A stretch of DNA of 64,000 nucleotides from Syntrophorhabdaceae bacterium (GTDB lineage Bacteria; Desulfobacterota; Syntrophorhabdia; Syntrophorhabdales; Syntrophorhabdaceae), in contig CAXXUO010000001.1 in assembly GCA_963666485.2 (NCBI GenBank), positions 288,001-352,000 on the forward strand, read 5' to 3'. The notes below the pieces were generated by a model, which had not been told where the DNA came from, did no database searches, and saw only the letters and a program-made list of their open reading frames with translations. The position numbers and the translations under genes are program-made. Shown one piece after another: positions 1-11,369 of this stretch. Within the stretch, counting starts at the first letter, position 1. Each line of letters starts with the position of its first letter.

Positions 1-43
1 TCATATCAAGGACTAGTGTGGGGAGATCCCAAAGGGGGCTGAC

Positions 44-274
44 ATGGCACAATTTATCAGGATAAAGTCCTACGTCATCAATCTCGATACCCTGACGTAC
101 ATCCGTATCGAGGACGAATGGATCGATTTCGGATTCGCCTTTCCGACAGAAAAGCCGGGCGGCCAGAATTTCGTACGGCTCGTCCGCGGCGTCAACCTGC
201 AGGACCAGGAATTTTACGAGGTCAAAGAGTTCGTTCTTCAGCTGGTCGATCCGGACCGGGTGGTCCTGGTATAA
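44..274 (+). CDS. hypothetical protein (76 aa)
   Basis: Clean ORF with purine-rich RBS upstream; no recognised motif. Confidence 0.6.
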   Translation: MAQFIRIKSYVINLDTLTYIRIEDEWIDFGFAFPTEKPGGQNFVRLVRGVNLQDQEFYEVKEFVLQLVDPDRVVLV

Positions 275-318
275 AAACATGGCCCGCATAAACGCGGACA
301 TGCATATTCAGACAACGT

Positions 319-699
319 TCAGCGGCCGGCTTTGGTCAGGAGGTCAATGACGCGCCGCCCTTTTTCTGTTGGGATGATCCGCAGGTAAGCGCCGCGCCCC
401 CCGCCGGGCACGTCATCAACACCTACCTCCAATTTCGCATACCCGTTCTTCTGCAACGCCTCAATGGGACCAAGTTGATTATTCTCAACGAGGCTCGCCT
501 GGAGAAAATAGCTGTCGGAGGATGCATCGAGGAGCCATCGCAGGGAATTGAGATCGATATTCAGCACCTTCATTGCCTGTTGATTCAGCTGCATAACCGC
601 CTTTGCATCAAGTTCATCGCCCTGTGCAGGATAAACTTGCCCTGCGAAAAGGGTGGCGATCAACACGAGGGCAGCTGCAAAAATGAACTTTTGTATCAT
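319..699 (-). CDS. exported hypothetical protein
   Basis: N-terminal signal peptide MIQKFIFAAALVLIATLFAG; co-oriented with neighbours. Confidence 0.65.
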   Translation of the reverse strand: MIQKFIFAAALVLIATLFAGQVYPAQGDELDAKAVMQLNQQAMKVLNIDLNSLRWLLDASSDSYFLQASLVENNQLGPIEALQKNGYAKLEVGVDDVPGGGRGAYLRIIPTEKGRRVIDLLTKAGR

Positions 700-721
700 T
701 GCTGTTCTCCGTGAATGAGGA

Positions 722-988
722 CTACGGGCACGTCACCACCTGAAAACATCGTCTGCCATTTTTTGTGAAGCAGCATTTATGGCTCGCACCACAATCAGAA
801 TCCCTTGTACAGGCGTCAGTCCCGGGAGGCCAGTCTGCCAAATTAATGAGTTTCTTTTCTGGTTGCATGGAACACGACTGGCCATTATCCTGCTTTCCCT
901 CGTGCATCGCACAGGCGATGCCCAGGCTAAACGCCACGCAGCATACTGAAACGATCATTATTTTCAAAAAAGACGATTTCCAGGTCAT
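722..988 (-). CDS. small exported Cys-rich protein, WAP/four-disulfide-core-like C-terminus
   Basis: Signal peptide; CTRDSDCGASHKCC..GRRC motif; start overlaps stop of upstream gene. Confidence 0.6.
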   Translation of the reverse strand: MTWKSSFLKIMIVSVCCVAFSLGIACAMHEGKQDNGQSCSMQPEKKLINLADWPPGTDACTRDSDCGASHKCCFTKNGRRCFQVVTCP

Positions 989-1485
989 TATCTTCCCCCC
1001 AAGCGTACCGGGAGAATTCTGAGACCATCCCAGGATTGAGGATAAAACCGGGAATAGCCCCGGTCAAAGAAATAGAAAGCGAATTCCCCTCCCTGCCTCT
1101 CAGAACTCCAGGCGTAGCGGCACGTAAGCTTGATAAGATCCGTGGCGAGGTGCACCGGCGCTCCGCCGCACTCAACGTTCTGCAATTTCCTGCCATCATA
1201 TAGTGTCTCAAGTTCGGCTATCGTGGGCATGCGCCAATCCATATACCCGCCTGCCCGGAAATTCTCCGTAAAATTTTTGGCGTGAAACCAATTAATGTTT
1301 CCGCCATTGTCTTTTGCCGGCCACATGAGGTTTGTACGTGTGTCTAGCACGGTCCCGTCATCGTAGGCGATAAACCTGCCATCCTTTCCCATCACCGAAG
1401 CGCTGTATCCTGGAAGTGCGGCAACAAATACGGCAAAAACCACGATTAATACGGGCATTATCATTTTCCGCACGTTTTGTTTCAT
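988..1485 (-). CDS. DUF1566 (Lcl C-terminal) domain protein
   Basis: Signal peptide; GTVLDTRTNLMW and DWRMPTIAELETL motifs. Confidence 0.85.
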   Translation of the reverse strand: MKQNVRKMIMPVLIVVFAVFVAALPGYSASVMGKDGRFIAYDDGTVLDTRTNLMWPAKDNGGNINWFHAKNFTENFRAGGYMDWRMPTIAELETLYDGRKLQNVECGGAPVHLATDLIKLTCRYAWSSERQGGEFAFYFFDRGYSRFYPQSWDGLRILPVRLGGR

Positions 1486-1576
1486 AGGCTCCTTTTTTTA
1501 GGTATAATATGGTAATACGCTTTAAATAGCATAACGTAAAGAGAAAAACAATTCCCGACATTAATCGGAGACGGAC

Positions 1577-1930
1577 ATGAATAAACGCGGTTTCGTGCAT
1601 GTTGCCTGCATGGACGGGATGATACTCCTCGCGATACTGGGGATCATCGCGGCCATTGCCATTCCACAGATAGTCAATTTGAAAAACAGGCCCCTCAACC
1701 GGGAGGCGAAAGCGCAGGCGTACAAGGCATATGAAGCGGCGCAGGCGTACTTCCGGGTAAATCCGTCAGGTCAGCCGACAGAAAAGGACCTGGAAAAATT
1801 CGGCTATAAAGGCTCTCCCGATATCCTCGTCATGATCGAAGGGGGGAAAGGCAGCCTTCTGATACGGACCGAACACACGAAGGGCAGGAAAGTATACAGG
1901 ATAGACTACAAGGGCGAGCTATCGCAGTGA
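1577..1930 (+). CDS. type IV pilin-like protein
   Basis: MNKRG|F prepilin cleavage site followed by hydrophobic ILLAILGIIAAIAIPQ helix. Confidence 0.7.
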   Translation: MNKRGFVHVACMDGMILLAILGIIAAIAIPQIVNLKNRPLNREAKAQAYKAYEAAQAYFRVNPSGQPTEKDLEKFGYKGSPDILVMIEGGKGSLLIRTEHTKGRKVYRIDYKGELSQ

Positions 1931-1942
1931 CCCGCCCGGACC

Positions 1943-3430
1943 TCATCGGGTTTTCAGGGCATTCGTGATATCGTCGCTCTTCCATCCCCCGCCGAGGGCT
2001 TTGATGAGAAGAACGCTGGCGGCCATCCGCCTACCGAGTATGTCTATTGCCACCCTTTCAGCATTCAACGCAGCCGCCTGGGCGACGACCACGTTCAGGT
2101 AGCTTACGGTCCCCTGTTCGTATTGATTAAGGGAAAATTCCAGCGATTTGCGTGCCGCGGCAAGGGCTTCGTCCTGCGCCTTCGATTCCTCCTCGAGGAT
2201 CCTGAGCGCCGCCACGTTGTCCTCGACCTCCTTGAAACCGGTAAGCACGGTCTGGCGGTACGAGGCAACCGCGGCATCGTAGGCCGCCCTCGACTGGTCG
2301 GTCAGGGCCCCTCTCAAACCGCCATCGAAAAGGGTCTCGCTGACAGCGGGGCCGACTGCCCAGTAGCGGCTTGGCCACGTAAGCCAGTTGGAGCTCTCGG
2401 TGCTTTCATAGCCGCCGGTCGCGCCGAGCGTGACCCGGGGAAAGTACGCTGACAGGGCCACGCCGATCTGCGCGTTTGCCGCCGCGACCCTGCGCTCCGC
2501 CGCCGCTATGTCGGGCCTGCGCTCGAGCAGGTCGGACGGCAGGCCGACAGGGACATCCGGAGGAGTAAATACAAGCTTCTTGACCGGCAGCGAAAAAGAC
2601 GATGCAATTTTCCCGGTCAGCACGGCAATGGCATGCTCCAGTTGAGCGCGCTGGACGCCGGTATCGATCGCCTGGGCTTTCGTCGTTTTCAGCTGGGTCT
2701 CGGCCTGCAACACGTCGGCGCGGGTAGCGACACCGCTTTCATACTGGTTCTTCGTCAATTGCAGCGATCTCTCGTACGCGGCGACCGTTGCATTGAGAAG
2801 TTCCCTTTGCATGTCCAGTATCCGCAGCTGGAAATACGCAACCGCAAGTTGCGACTGGCTGCTCAAACGGATCCCTTCGAGGTCTGCGGCGCTCGCTTCG
2901 GCCCCCGCCTTCGCGGCTTCCACGGTCCTCCTGATGCGGCCCCAGAGGTCAAATTCCCAGGAGACGGTGACGGGCAAGAGAAAATTGTTGTAGGGGGAAG
3001 CGGAGGCTCCGGATTCGGTGTTGTTGGCCGATCTCTGAAGACGCGTCACTGACGCCCCGGCCGTGATCGTCGGGAAATATGCCGACTGCGCAGCCTGGAT
3101 GAGGGAGCGCGCCTGCCGGAACTGGGCCTCGGCCGCGATCACGGTCTGGTTGGAAACGTTCACCTCGCCGGCAAGGGTATTCAAGTCGTGATCCCCGAAT
3201 ACCTCCCACCAGGGGCCCCGGGCGATCGCGTCGCGCGGCTGCGCAACCTTCCAGCCGTCGATCTCTTTGTATGTTTCCGGCACGGACATCGTCGGCCGCA
3301 CGTAATTCGGGCCGACCGAGCAGGCCGCGAGAACGGCTGCAGCGATCACCGCAAGACAAAAGCGGGAGGTGCGGAACGTATCATTCGCCTTTTTTATTGC
3401 CGCCAGTATACCCATTCGATCAGATATCAT
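1943..3430 (-). CDS. RND efflux outer-membrane factor lipoprotein (NodT/OpmB family)
   Basis: LAAC lipobox, GPNYVRP, WWEVFGD, PSDLLERRPDIAAAER, LIKALGGGW. Confidence 0.93.
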   Translation of the reverse strand: MISDRMGILAAIKKANDTFRTSRFCLAVIAAAVLAACSVGPNYVRPTMSVPETYKEIDGWKVAQPRDAIARGPWWEVFGDHDLNTLAGEVNVSNQTVIAAEAQFRQARSLIQAAQSAYFPTITAGASVTRLQRSANNTESGASASPYNNFLLPVTVSWEFDLWGRIRRTVEAAKAGAEASAADLEGIRLSSQSQLAVAYFQLRILDMQRELLNATVAAYERSLQLTKNQYESGVATRADVLQAETQLKTTKAQAIDTGVQRAQLEHAIAVLTGKIASSFSLPVKKLVFTPPDVPVGLPSDLLERRPDIAAAERRVAAANAQIGVALSAYFPRVTLGATGGYESTESSNWLTWPSRYWAVGPAVSETLFDGGLRGALTDQSRAAYDAAVASYRQTVLTGFKEVEDNVAALRILEEESKAQDEALAAARKSLEFSLNQYEQGTVSYLNVVVAQAAALNAERVAIDILGRRMAASVLLIKALGGGWKSDDITNALKTR

Positions 3431-3438
3431 AGTCTACC

Positions 3439-6400
3439 TCAGGCTTCCGGTTCCATGTATATATTTTTCATGCCGCTTCTCTTGCTCTTGCACCACAACC
3501 TGAACCGGTCGAGGTACAGGTACATGACGGGCGTCGTGTAGAGGGTCAGCATCTGGCTGATGACGAGCCCCCCGACGATCGTGACCCCTAAGGGACGCCT
3601 CAGTTCGGAGCCGACCCCGAACCCCAGTGCCAGGGGCAGCGCCCCGAGGAGCGCGGCCATCGTGGTCATCATGATGGGGCGGAAACGCAAAAGGCACGCT
3701 TCATAGATCGCCTCTTCGGGCCCTTTTCCCTGGCTGCGCTCTGCCTCGAGGGCAAAATCGACCATCATGATGCCGTTCTTTTTCACGAGACCGATGAGCA
3801 GGAAAAGACCGATGAGCCCGATAAGGTTCAGCTCCATGCGAAAGATGATGAGCGCGAGCAGTGCCCCGACGCCTGCCGAAGGCAGCGTCGTCAGGATGGT
3901 AATGGGGTGCACGTAGCTTTCATACAGAATGCCGAGAACGATATAGACGGTCAGGATGGCGGAGAGGATGAGAAGAGGCTGGTTGGCAGCGGCATCCTTG
4001 AACGCCTGGGCGGTGCCGGAAAAGCTGCCTCGGATCCCTGCCGGGAAATTCATCTCCTGTTTCGCTTTCTCTATGGAGGCGACCGCATTCCCGAGCGGTA
4101 TTCCCGGCGCAAGATTAAAGGAGACCGTAACGGACGGGAATTGCCCCTGGTGGGCGACGGCGAGCGACGTCGCGGTCCGCTCGAATTTCGCAAAACTGCT
4201 GAGCGGGACCATCTTGCCGGTCGTCGATTTTATGTAGATCTCCTTCAATGAGTCCGGGTTCTGCCAGAAACGCGGGTCGACGACCATCACGACACGGTAC
4301 TGGTTGAGGAGCGTGTAAATGATGGAGACCTGCCTCTGGCCGAAGGCGTCGTAGAGGGTGTTGTCGATCATGGCGGCAGTAATGCCGAGGCGTGAGGCCG
4401 TGTCCCGGTCGATCGTCAGCATGGCCTGCAGCCCCTTTGTCTGCTGGTCGCTGTTCACGTCGACGATCTCCGGCAGAGAGCGCATCATCTGCACAAGGGG
4501 CGGCCCCCAGTCATAGAGCACCGAGATGTCGGATGCCTGGAGCGTGTACTGGTACAGTGCGGCGCCTGCCCGTCCCCCGATGCGCAGGTCCTGCACGGAC
4601 TGGAGATACGTGGGTGCCCCCGGAAGCCCGGCAAGTTTTTTCCTAAGCCGCGACATGGTCTCGGTCAGGCTGCTTTTGCGCTTTTCAAAAGGCTTCAACG
4701 TGATAAAAAGGTTCGCGGTGTTGGCCGCCCCCGCCCCGCGGCCGCTGCCGCCCGTGAAGCCGGTCACGTACTCCACTTCAGGGTCTTCCTTTACTATGTT
4801 GACCACGGTAGACAATTTTTCCTTCATGCTCTGGAAAGAGACATCCTGTTCGGCCTGGATCGTACCGCGCAGCCGGCCGGTGTCCGTCTCCGGGAAGAAC
4901 CCCTTGGGAACGACAATGAAGAGAAACACGTTAACAGCGAAGGTGCCCATCATGATCACGAACATGAGGCGCGAGTGGCGCAGCGCCCACCGGAGGGTCA
5001 CATCGTAGAGGTCCCTCATCCTGTTGAAAATCCCTTCGCTCATCCTGTAAACCCAGTGATGCGCATGGGTCCTCTCCGATCTCAGGAACACGGCGCACAT
5101 CATCGGTGTCGTCGTGAGCGATATGACGAGTGAGATCATGATGGCGGTCGACAAGGTCACGGCAAATTCCCGGAACAGGCGGCCCACCATACCGCCCATG
5201 AGAAGGATGGGTATGAACACGGCGACGAGGGACAAGCTCATAGAGACGACTGTGAACGCTATCTCCCTCGACCCGCGCAGCGCTGCGTCCCGGGGAGAGA
5301 GTCCTTTTTCCATATAACGCGTGATGTTCTCCAGGACAACAATGGCATCGTCCACCACGAACCCGGTAGCGATCGTCAGGGCCATCAGGGAAAGGTTGTC
5401 GAGGTTGTACCCCATGAGGTACATCACCCCGAACGTGCCGACGAGCGACACGCCGACTGCGACGGCGGGGATAATGGTGGAGCGGACATGCCGTAAGAAC
5501 CCGAACACAACGAGAATAACGAGCGCTGCGGAGAGAAGAAGCGCATGCTCGACGTCTTTCAGCGAACCTCGAATAGGCGGCGTACGGTCCTGTACAACGG
5601 AAAGTCTCGTGCCGCCCGGTAGAGACGCCGTCATCTGGGGCAGGAGCTCGCGGACACGGTCCACCGTCTCGATTATGTTTGCCCCCGGCTGGCGGAAGAC
5701 TATCACCGAGACCGACGGTTTCCCGTTCATAAGGCCCATCGTGTTGATGTCTTCGACCGAATCCTGCACGTTGGCCACATCGGTGAGCCGGACCGCCGCC
5801 CCCGACCGGTAGGTCACGATCACATCCCGGTACTCGGCGGCCTTGCGCAGCTGATCGTTGGCCGTGACCTCCCAGGTCCTCGTAGCATCCGAAACCTGCC
5901 CTTTCGGCCTGTTGACATTGGTCGATGTAAGGACGCCGCGCACGTCCTCGAGGCTAATCGCATATTTGTTCAATGCCTCGGGGTTGATCTCCGCGCGGAC
6001 GGCCGGCAGCGAACCGCCCCCGACAAACACCTGGCCCACCCCCTTCACCTGGGCCAATTTCTGCTGAAGTATGGTGGATGCGGCATCGTACAGCTGGGGC
6101 ACACCCATCACGTCAGACTGGAGGGAGATGAGAAGAATAGGCGCATCAGCCGGGTTGACCTTACGGTATGTCGGGTTGTTAGGAAGGTTTGGCGGGAGGA
6201 ATCCCCTGGCCGCATTGATGGCCGCCTGCACATCTCGCGCCGCCCCGTCAATATTGCGATCGAGGTCGAACTGGAGCGTGATGTTCGTGGTGCCGCGGAA
6301 GCTGGTCGATGTCATCTCCGTCACGCCGGCTATCCTCCCGAACTGTCGTTCGAGGGGCGCCGCAACCGAGGTGGCCATGGTCTCAGGGTCGGCCCCCGGA

Positions 6401-6552
6401 AGGCCTGCGGAAACCTGGATCGTCGGAAAGTCAACTTGCGGCAGCGGCGCGACGGGCAGCAGCCGGAAGGAGACCACGCCCGAAAGCACTATGCCGAGAG
6501 TAATAAGGGCTGTGGCAACGGGCCTGCGGATGAATGTTGCCGAGAAATTCAT
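3439..6552 (-). CDS. mdtC: multidrug efflux RND permease MdtC/MuxC family
   Basis: [40 protein letters not shown]; second permease of a heteromeric pair. Confidence 0.9.
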   Translation of the reverse strand: MNFSATFIRRPVATALITLGIVLSGVVSFRLLPVAPLPQVDFPTIQVSAGLPGADPETMATSVAAPLERQFGRIAGVTEMTSTSFRGTTNITLQFDLDRNIDGAARDVQAAINAARGFLPPNLPNNPTYRKVNPADAPILLISLQSDVMGVPQLYDAASTILQQKLAQVKGVGQVFVGGGSLPAVRAEINPEALNKYAISLEDVRGVLTSTNVNRPKGQVSDATRTWEVTANDQLRKAAEYRDVIVTYRSGAAVRLTDVANVQDSVEDINTMGLMNGKPSVSVIVFRQPGANIIETVDRVRELLPQMTASLPGGTRLSVVQDRTPPIRGSLKDVEHALLLSAALVILVVFGFLRHVRSTIIPAVAVGVSLVGTFGVMYLMGYNLDNLSLMALTIATGFVVDDAIVVLENITRYMEKGLSPRDAALRGSREIAFTVVSMSLSLVAVFIPILLMGGMVGRLFREFAVTLSTAIMISLVISLTTTPMMCAVFLRSERTHAHHWVYRMSEGIFNRMRDLYDVTLRWALRHSRLMFVIMMGTFAVNVFLFIVVPKGFFPETDTGRLRGTIQAEQDVSFQSMKEKLSTVVNIVKEDPEVEYVTGFTGGSGRGAGAANTANLFITLKPFEKRKSSLTETMSRLRKKLAGLPGAPTYLQSVQDLRIGGRAGAALYQYTLQASDISVLYDWGPPLVQMMRSLPEIVDVNSDQQTKGLQAMLTIDRDTASRLGITAAMIDNTLYDAFGQRQVSIIYTLLNQYRVVMVVDPRFWQNPDSLKEIYIKSTTGKMVPLSSFAKFERTATSLAVAHQGQFPSVTVSFNLAPGIPLGNAVASIEKAKQEMNFPAGIRGSFSGTAQAFKDAAANQPLLILSAILTVYIVLGILYESYVHPITILTTLPSAGVGALLALIIFRMELNLIGLIGLFLLIGLVKKNGIMMVDFALEAERSQGKGPEEAIYEACLLRFRPIMMTTMAALLGALPLALGFGVGSELRRPLGVTIVGGLVISQMLTLYTTPVMYLYLDRFRLWCKSKRSGMKNIYMEPEA

Positions 6553-9500
6553 GGAAGGCCGGCACCCCTGCCGTCATCGCCCGATCTCTTCAGGCGCCAG
6601 TCGGCCAGTCTTCTTGCCGCGCGGTCAAACGCGAGGTAGATGACCGGGGTTGTATAAAGGGTCAGGACCTGGCTGATAACGAGCCCGCCTATGATCGTGA
6701 TGCCGAGCGGGCGGCGCAGTTCGGACCCGACCCCTGTCCCGAGGGCGAGCGGCAGGGCCCCGAGCAGTGCGGCGAGCGTCGTCATCATGATGGGGCGGAA
6801 CCTTAAGAGGGAGGCCTGGTAGATCGCTTCCCGGGGGGTCTTCCCCTCGGTGCGCTCCGCATCGAGGGCAAAGTCCACCATCATGATGCCGTTCTTCTTC
6901 ACGATGCCGATGAGCAGGATGACCCCGATCAGGGCAATGACGCTGAACTCGGACCGGCAGGCCATGAGCGCAAGGATCGCCCCCACGCCGGCCGACGGCA
7001 GGGTGGAGAGGATAGTGATCGGGTGAATATAGCTTTCATACAGTATGCCGAGGACGATATAGACGGTAACGAGGGCGGCAAGAATGAGAAAGGGCTCGTT
7101 CTCGAGGGAGACCCGGAAAGCCTGGGCCGTACCCTGGAAACTCCCCCGTATGCTCGCCGGAAAATTCATCTTTTTTTCCGCGGACTCTATGGCATCGACC
7201 GCGTGCCCGAGGGCCGCCCGGGGCGCAAGGTTAAAGGAGACGGTCGCCGCCGGGAACTGTCCCTGCCGGCTGATAACGAGAGGCCCCGTCGTCTCCGAGG
7301 TCTTGATGAAAGCCCCGAGGGGCACCTGTCCGCCGTTTATGCCCCGGACGTAAATATTACGCAGGGCCTCCGGTCCCTTCTGGAATTCGGGTTTCGCGGC
7401 CAGCACCACACGGTACTGATTGAGCTGGGTAAAGATCGTTGAAACCTGCCGCTGGCCGAATGCATCGTACAGCGCGTCATCGATCACCTGGGGGGTGACA
7501 CCGAGCCGCGAGGCCGTGGTGCGGTCGAATTCGACGAAAAGCTGAAGCCCTTTGTCCTGCTGGTCACTGCTCACATCGCGAAGGTAAGGGTTTGTCCGCA
7601 GGGATTCGACGAGCTTCGGGGTCAGCGTGTTCAGTTCTTCAAGGTCCGGGTCCTCGAGCGTGTACTGGTACTGGGTGCGGGTAACGCGCGCATCGACCGT
7701 CAGGTCCTGCACCGGCTGCATGAAGAGGGTTATCCCGTCCACCTTCTCCAGTTCCGGCTGAAGGCGCCTGATCACGTCACTTGCGCTTCCGTTCCTTTTC
7801 GAGAGAGGCTTGAGATTTATGAGGATCCGGCCGCTGTTGAGCGTCACATTCGTGCCGTCGACCCCGATGAACGACGAGAGGCTTTCGACCGCCGGGTCTT
7901 GCAGGACCACGCGGGCAAGCGCCTGCTGGCGTTCGGCCATTGCCGCGAAAGATATCGACTGCGGCGCCTCCGAGATCCCCTGGATGACCCCCGTGTCCTG
8001 CACCGGGAAGAAGCCTTTCGGTACAAAATAGAAGAGGAGGAGCGTAAAGACCAGCGTGCCGAGGGCAACCCAGAGGGTGGCCTTCTGCCTCTCCAGCACC
8101 CAGGTCAGCGTCCTGGCGTAGAATGCGATCACGCGGTCGAGGTATTCCTGTGACAACCGGTGAAACCGGCCCTGCCGGGCCTCTTCTTCATGTTTGAGCA
8201 GTTTTGCGCACATCATGGGTGTCAGCGTGAGGGACACGACGGCAGAGATAACGATCGTAACACCCAGCGTTATCGCGAATTCCCTGAACAGGCGCCCGAC
8301 CACGTCCCCCATGAACAGGAGGGGAATGAGAACGGCGACGAGGGAAACGGTGAGGGACAGGATGGTGAACCCGATCTGCTTCGAGCCTTTGAGCGCCGCC
8401 TCGAGCGGGGAATCGCCGGCTTCGATATACCTGGCGACGTTCTCGATCATGACGATGGCGTCATCGACGACAAAACCGGTCGAAATGGTGAGCGCCATCA
8501 GGGAGAGGTTGTTGAGGCTGAACCCCAGGAGATACATGGCGCCGAAGCTTCCGACAAGCGACAGCGGGACCGCCACGCTGGGGATGATCGTCGCCGGGAT
8601 GTTGCGTAGAAAGAGGAACATGACCATGACAACGAGGACCACGGCAAGGATCATCTCGAACTGCACGTCATGGACCGATGCCCGGATCGTGGTGGTCCGG
8701 TCCGTCAGGACGGAAACCTTTACGGACGGCGGCAGCGTCCCTTCGAGTACCGGGAGCACCTTCTTGATCTGGTCGACAACCTGGATGACGTTGGCCCCCG
8801 GCTGCCTCTGTATGTTGACGATTATGGCAGGGGAGCCGTCCTTCCAGGCCGCCTGCTTGACATTCTCGGCATCGTCGATGGCATCGGCGACATCGGACAA
8901 TCTCACAGGGGCGCCGTTGCGATAGGCGACGACCAGTTCCCTGTATTGCTTGCTTGAATAGAGCTGGTCGTTGGCCCCGATGATGTAGGACACCCGCGGG
9001 CCGTCAAAACCGCCCTTCGCCTGGTTGACGTTCGCGGCTGCAATCGCGGCCCTAAGGTCCTCGAGTGTCAGTCCGTACGCGGCAAGCGCCGTGGGGTTGG
9101 CATGCACCCGTACCGCCGGCCTCTGACCGCCGCTCAAGCTGACGAGCCCGACCCCGGGAAGCTGCGAGATCTTTTGCGCAAACCGCGTGTCAGCAAGGTC
9201 CTCCACCTGTGCGAGCGGCATCGTCTCCGATGTCAGGGCGAGCGTCAGGATCGGCGCATCTGCCGGATTCACTTTACTGTATACCGGCGGGATCGGAAGG
9301 TCCCGGGGCAGGTAGGTAAACGACGCGTTTATGGCCGCCTGCACCTGCTGTTCGGCGACGTCGAGGCTCAGGTCCAGGGTAAACTGGAGCGTTATGATCG
9401 AACTGCCGCTCGAACTTGTCGATGTCATCTGCGTCAAGCCCGGCATCTGCCCGAACTGGCGCTCGAGAGGGGCCGTTACGGAAGACGCGATAACATCGGG

Positions 9501-9668
9501 GCTTCCGCCCGGGTAAAATGTCCTTACCTGGATGGTGGGGTAATCCACCTGGGGGAGTGCTGAGACCGACAGCTGCTTGTACGCCACCGCGCCGCTTAAG
9601 AACAGCGCCACCATGAGCAGCGTCGTCGCCACGGGCCGGATGATGAAAATACGGGAGATGTTCATCAA
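6549..9668 (-). CDS. mdtB: multidrug efflux RND permease MdtB/MuxB family
   Basis: [45 protein letters not shown]. Confidence 0.92.
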   Translation of the reverse strand: MMNISRIFIIRPVATTLLMVALFLSGAVAYKQLSVSALPQVDYPTIQVRTFYPGGSPDVIASSVTAPLERQFGQMPGLTQMTSTSSSGSSIITLQFTLDLSLDVAEQQVQAAINASFTYLPRDLPIPPVYSKVNPADAPILTLALTSETMPLAQVEDLADTRFAQKISQLPGVGLVSLSGGQRPAVRVHANPTALAAYGLTLEDLRAAIAAANVNQAKGGFDGPRVSYIIGANDQLYSSKQYRELVVAYRNGAPVRLSDVADAIDDAENVKQAAWKDGSPAIIVNIQRQPGANVIQVVDQIKKVLPVLEGTLPPSVKVSVLTDRTTTIRASVHDVQFEMILAVVLVVMVMFLFLRNIPATIIPSVAVPLSLVGSFGAMYLLGFSLNNLSLMALTISTGFVVDDAIVMIENVARYIEAGDSPLEAALKGSKQIGFTILSLTVSLVAVLIPLLFMGDVVGRLFREFAITLGVTIVISAVVSLTLTPMMCAKLLKHEEEARQGRFHRLSQEYLDRVIAFYARTLTWVLERQKATLWVALGTLVFTLLLFYFVPKGFFPVQDTGVIQGISEAPQSISFAAMAERQQALARVVLQDPAVESLSSFIGVDGTNVTLNSGRILINLKPLSKRNGSASDVIRRLQPELEKVDGITLFMQPVQDLTVDARVTRTQYQYTLEDPDLEELNTLTPKLVESLRTNPYLRDVSSDQQDKGLQLFVEFDRTTASRLGVTPQVIDDALYDAFGQRQVSTIFTQLNQYRVVLAAKPEFQKGPEALRNIYVRGINGGQVPLGAFIKTSETTGPLVISRQGQFPAATVSFNLAPRAALGHAVDAIESAEKKMNFPASIRGSFQGTAQAFRVSLENEPFLILAALVTVYIVLGILYESYIHPITILSTLPSAGVGAILALMACRSEFSVIALIGVILLIGIVKKNGIMMVDFALDAERTEGKTPREAIYQASLLRFRPIMMTTLAALLGALPLALGTGVGSELRRPLGITIIGGLVISQVLTLYTTPVIYLAFDRAARRLADWRLKRSGDDGRGAGLP

Positions 9669-11035
9669 CGCCCCTTTCGGGGTGTTTCCGCAGCCGCAGG
9701 CTTCGGTGTTTCCTTTGGTGCCTCCCTGGTTCCTTCCCGGGGTGCCTGCGCCGCCGCGGGCTTGGGTATTTCCTTCGGCCCTTCCTTTGCTCCTTCCCGG
9801 GGTGCACGGGCCGTTGCATTCTTCGGCGCTACTTTCGTTCCTTCAACGAGCCTTTCGGCCCCATCCGTCACGACCTGTTCGCCCGGGGCGATCCCGGTTT
9901 TGATCGAGGCGTCCTCACCCTGTATATCGTCGACAACGACCTTGCGGGCCGTGACCGTCCGGTCCTCTTTCATGACATAGATAAACGTCCCCTGGGGCCC
10001 CCGCCTGATCGCGGAAGACGGCACGATGGTGGCCCCGGCGCGAACGTCGACCAGCAGTTTCGCGTTGACGAACTGGTTCGGGAACAGCTCGTTTTCCTTA
10101 TTGGCAAAAACCGCCTTGAGCTTGACCGTTCCCGTTCCCGTGTCTATCTGGTTGTCTATCGTCTGCAACTGGCCTGTTGCCAGTTTTTCCTTCTGTTCGC
10201 GGTCATAGGCGTCGACAGGCATGGCGGTTCCCGTTTTGAACCTTCGCAGCACCTGCTGAAGGCTGTCCTCGGTGACGGGGAATACCACGGTCATCGGCTG
10301 GAGCTGGGTAATCACCATGAGCCCGTTCGTATCGCTGGCACGGACCATGTTCCCCGGGTCAACGAGGCGAAGGCCGACGCGCCCGGCGATCGGCGATGTT
10401 ATACGGCAATAGACGAGCTGCAGCTTCGCATTGTCGACGAGCCCCTGGTCGACCTTTACCGCGCCCTCATACTGCTTGACCAATGCCGTCTGCGTATCGA
10501 GTTGCTGCTTTGAGATCGAGTCCTTCTGCCAGAGCACCTTGTAGCGCTCGAGGTCAACGCGCGCGTTGGCAAGCAGTGCCAGATCACGGGCCAGCTGGCC
10601 TTCCGCCTGTTCGAGCTGCACCTTGAAGGGCCTCGTATCGATCATGACGAGGAGGTCCCCCTTCTTCACAACCTGCCCCTCTTTGTAATGGACCTCCATG
10701 AGCTGCCCGTCCACGCGGCTGCGCACAGTCACCGTATTTATCGGTGTCACTGTGCCGAGGCCGTTCACGTAAACGTAAAAGTCCCCCTTGCGTGCCGGGG
10801 AGATCGTAACCGGCATGACGCGTCCCTGGTTGCTGTTTGCTTTTTTGGCGGCACTCGCCCTGTCCATGGCCGGTTTTACGAAAACGATGTACACCAATAC
10901 AAGAATGGCGCACCCTATCCCCAGTGCGATCCATCGGTGCTTCCTCAAAGCGTTGAAAAAGACCTGGCCACGGCCGCCGCCGGTGCCTTTCCCGCTTTGT
11001 TCGTTTTCCATAGGTCCTGCCTCCTCACGCTGCAC
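9665..11035 (-). CDS. mdtA: RND periplasmic adaptor MdtA/MuxA family
   Basis: [42 protein letters not shown]-terminal TM anchor. Confidence 0.9.
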   Translation of the reverse strand: MQREEAGPMENEQSGKGTGGGRGQVFFNALRKHRWIALGIGCAILVLVYIVFVKPAMDRASAAKKANSNQGRVMPVTISPARKGDFYVYVNGLGTVTPINTVTVRSRVDGQLMEVHYKEGQVVKKGDLLVMIDTRPFKVQLEQAEGQLARDLALLANARVDLERYKVLWQKDSISKQQLDTQTALVKQYEGAVKVDQGLVDNAKLQLVYCRITSPIAGRVGLRLVDPGNMVRASDTNGLMVITQLQPMTVVFPVTEDSLQQVLRRFKTGTAMPVDAYDREQKEKLATGQLQTIDNQIDTGTGTVKLKAVFANKENELFPNQFVNAKLLVDVRAGATIVPSSAIRRGPQGTFIYVMKEDRTVTARKVVVDDIQGEDASIKTGIAPGEQVVTDGAERLVEGTKVAPKNATARAPREGAKEGPKEIPKPAAAQAPREGTREAPKETPKPAAAETPRKGR

Positions 11036-11214
11036 GCATCGGGCATGGGACGTGCGTGATGCCGGCCTTCCCTGCCATCCTCGAAATTCTCTTATTTTAA
11101 ACGCAACTGTATATTAAAATCCTTGCAATATACATACCTTGTACGACAATTATCACATCAGGTCAACAAAAGCTTTAAAACATGCCGGATTGGTTAAAGA
11201 AAAAGCGTACACTT

Positions 11215-11260
11215 CGACAAAATTGTCGTCTGGAATGCGCTTAGAATGACAAAATTGTCG
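11215..11260. promoter_or_regulatory. two near-palindromic operator-like sites (C/T)GACAAAATTGTCG upstream of mdtA
   Basis: Copies at 11215-11228 and 11247-11260; weaker copy at 11144-11155. Confidence 0.5.
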
Positions 11261-11369
11261 GCAGGGAGATGCGATCCTCTGACAGCGTTATAAGAAATGA
11301 TGACAGATGATGTACCAGCTCAGGAGGCGTGCCGGTTTATTGAATTTTCTTGAGAATGTCCTGTCGACA

